Source: Octopus sinensis (Eukaryota). From it: DNA of 64,000 nt. The translations under genes were made by a program, and so were the position numbers. Shown piece by piece: positions 63,421-64,000 of the stretch. The first letter of the stretch is position 1, and every line of letters starts with the position of its first letter. The notes beneath the pieces are model-generated. The model did not search any database. It was not told where the DNA came from and saw only the letters and a list, made by a program, of their open reading frames with translations. Location: NCBI RefSeq assembly GCF_006345805.1, contig NC_043020.1, forward strand, positions 5,704,001-5,768,000, given 5' to 3'.

Positions 63421-64000
63421 ACCTCACTATATCATTGTTATCTGCTGCCCCCCCCCCCAATCTGTATGTTCTACCCACATGTAACAAGAAAAATTTTCGC
63501 ACACCCTACCCCAACAAACCAATCTACATCTCTACATCTCTTCCTCACATTTCCTCCTTCATGCATTATGCCTACATCTCACTCCCCAATCCTGTCCTCA
63601 CAGCCCTGTTTCTCTGTATCATTGCTATCCGGTAGCCCCCCTCCCCCACTCTATAAATGCCCAAGTTTTTGCCACTCACTCCCCACCTCTACATTCTCTA
63701 ATCACGCTTCTTTTGCAGTATCTTGCCACTTCCATTACAACGTTCGAACCTCAAGGGTATGCCCTGGCACTTTCCACCATCTCTATCTCTGTCTTCCTTC
63801 ACTCAAGCATCCTATTTATATTCTGAGCCTCAACCCTTATGAGTATGCCCAACACTTTGCCACCATCTCTATCCTGATGTCTCCCACTCTCTCTCCTTCT
63901 CCTGCCCTTCCCTCAGGTTGGGTAACCATGTACCTTCTTTGCAGCAGTACACCTATTTCTGTCCTCATTCCTGATCCCTTTCTCTCTCTCCGGCTAGGTA

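Overview
Eukaryotic, AT-rich and very repeat-dense DNA. It is most likely an octopus genome, inferred from the SINE/MITE/microsatellite landscape and not confirmed by any search. One host gene is supported: a CARHSP1/CSDC2-family cold-shock-domain gene on the minus strand. Its three coding exons (3069-2939, 1975-1850, 339-111) splice in frame through canonical GT-AG sites to a 161-aa protein. A candidate non-coding first exon and promoter (AAG|GTAAAC donor, GA tract, perfect CRE) lies at about 50.27-50.53 kb, which would make most of the window a roughly 47-kb first intron. The rest consists of several tRNA-derived SINE families, a (TGA)n-tailed retroposon family, CR1 and RTE LINE 3' fragments, TTAA-flanked piggyBac-like MITEs, other inverted-repeat elements, mini- and microsatellites and a 1.53-kb tandem duplication. 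The best oddities are a MITE-116 bp cargo-MITE composite present twice, a 113-bp near-perfect foldback, a hammerhead-ribozyme-like motif in an inverted duplication and a roughly 162-bp MITE-related tandem array. Almost all ORFs in the supplied track are repeat artefacts. Repeat boundaries are approximate to within tens of bases unless exact junctions are stated.
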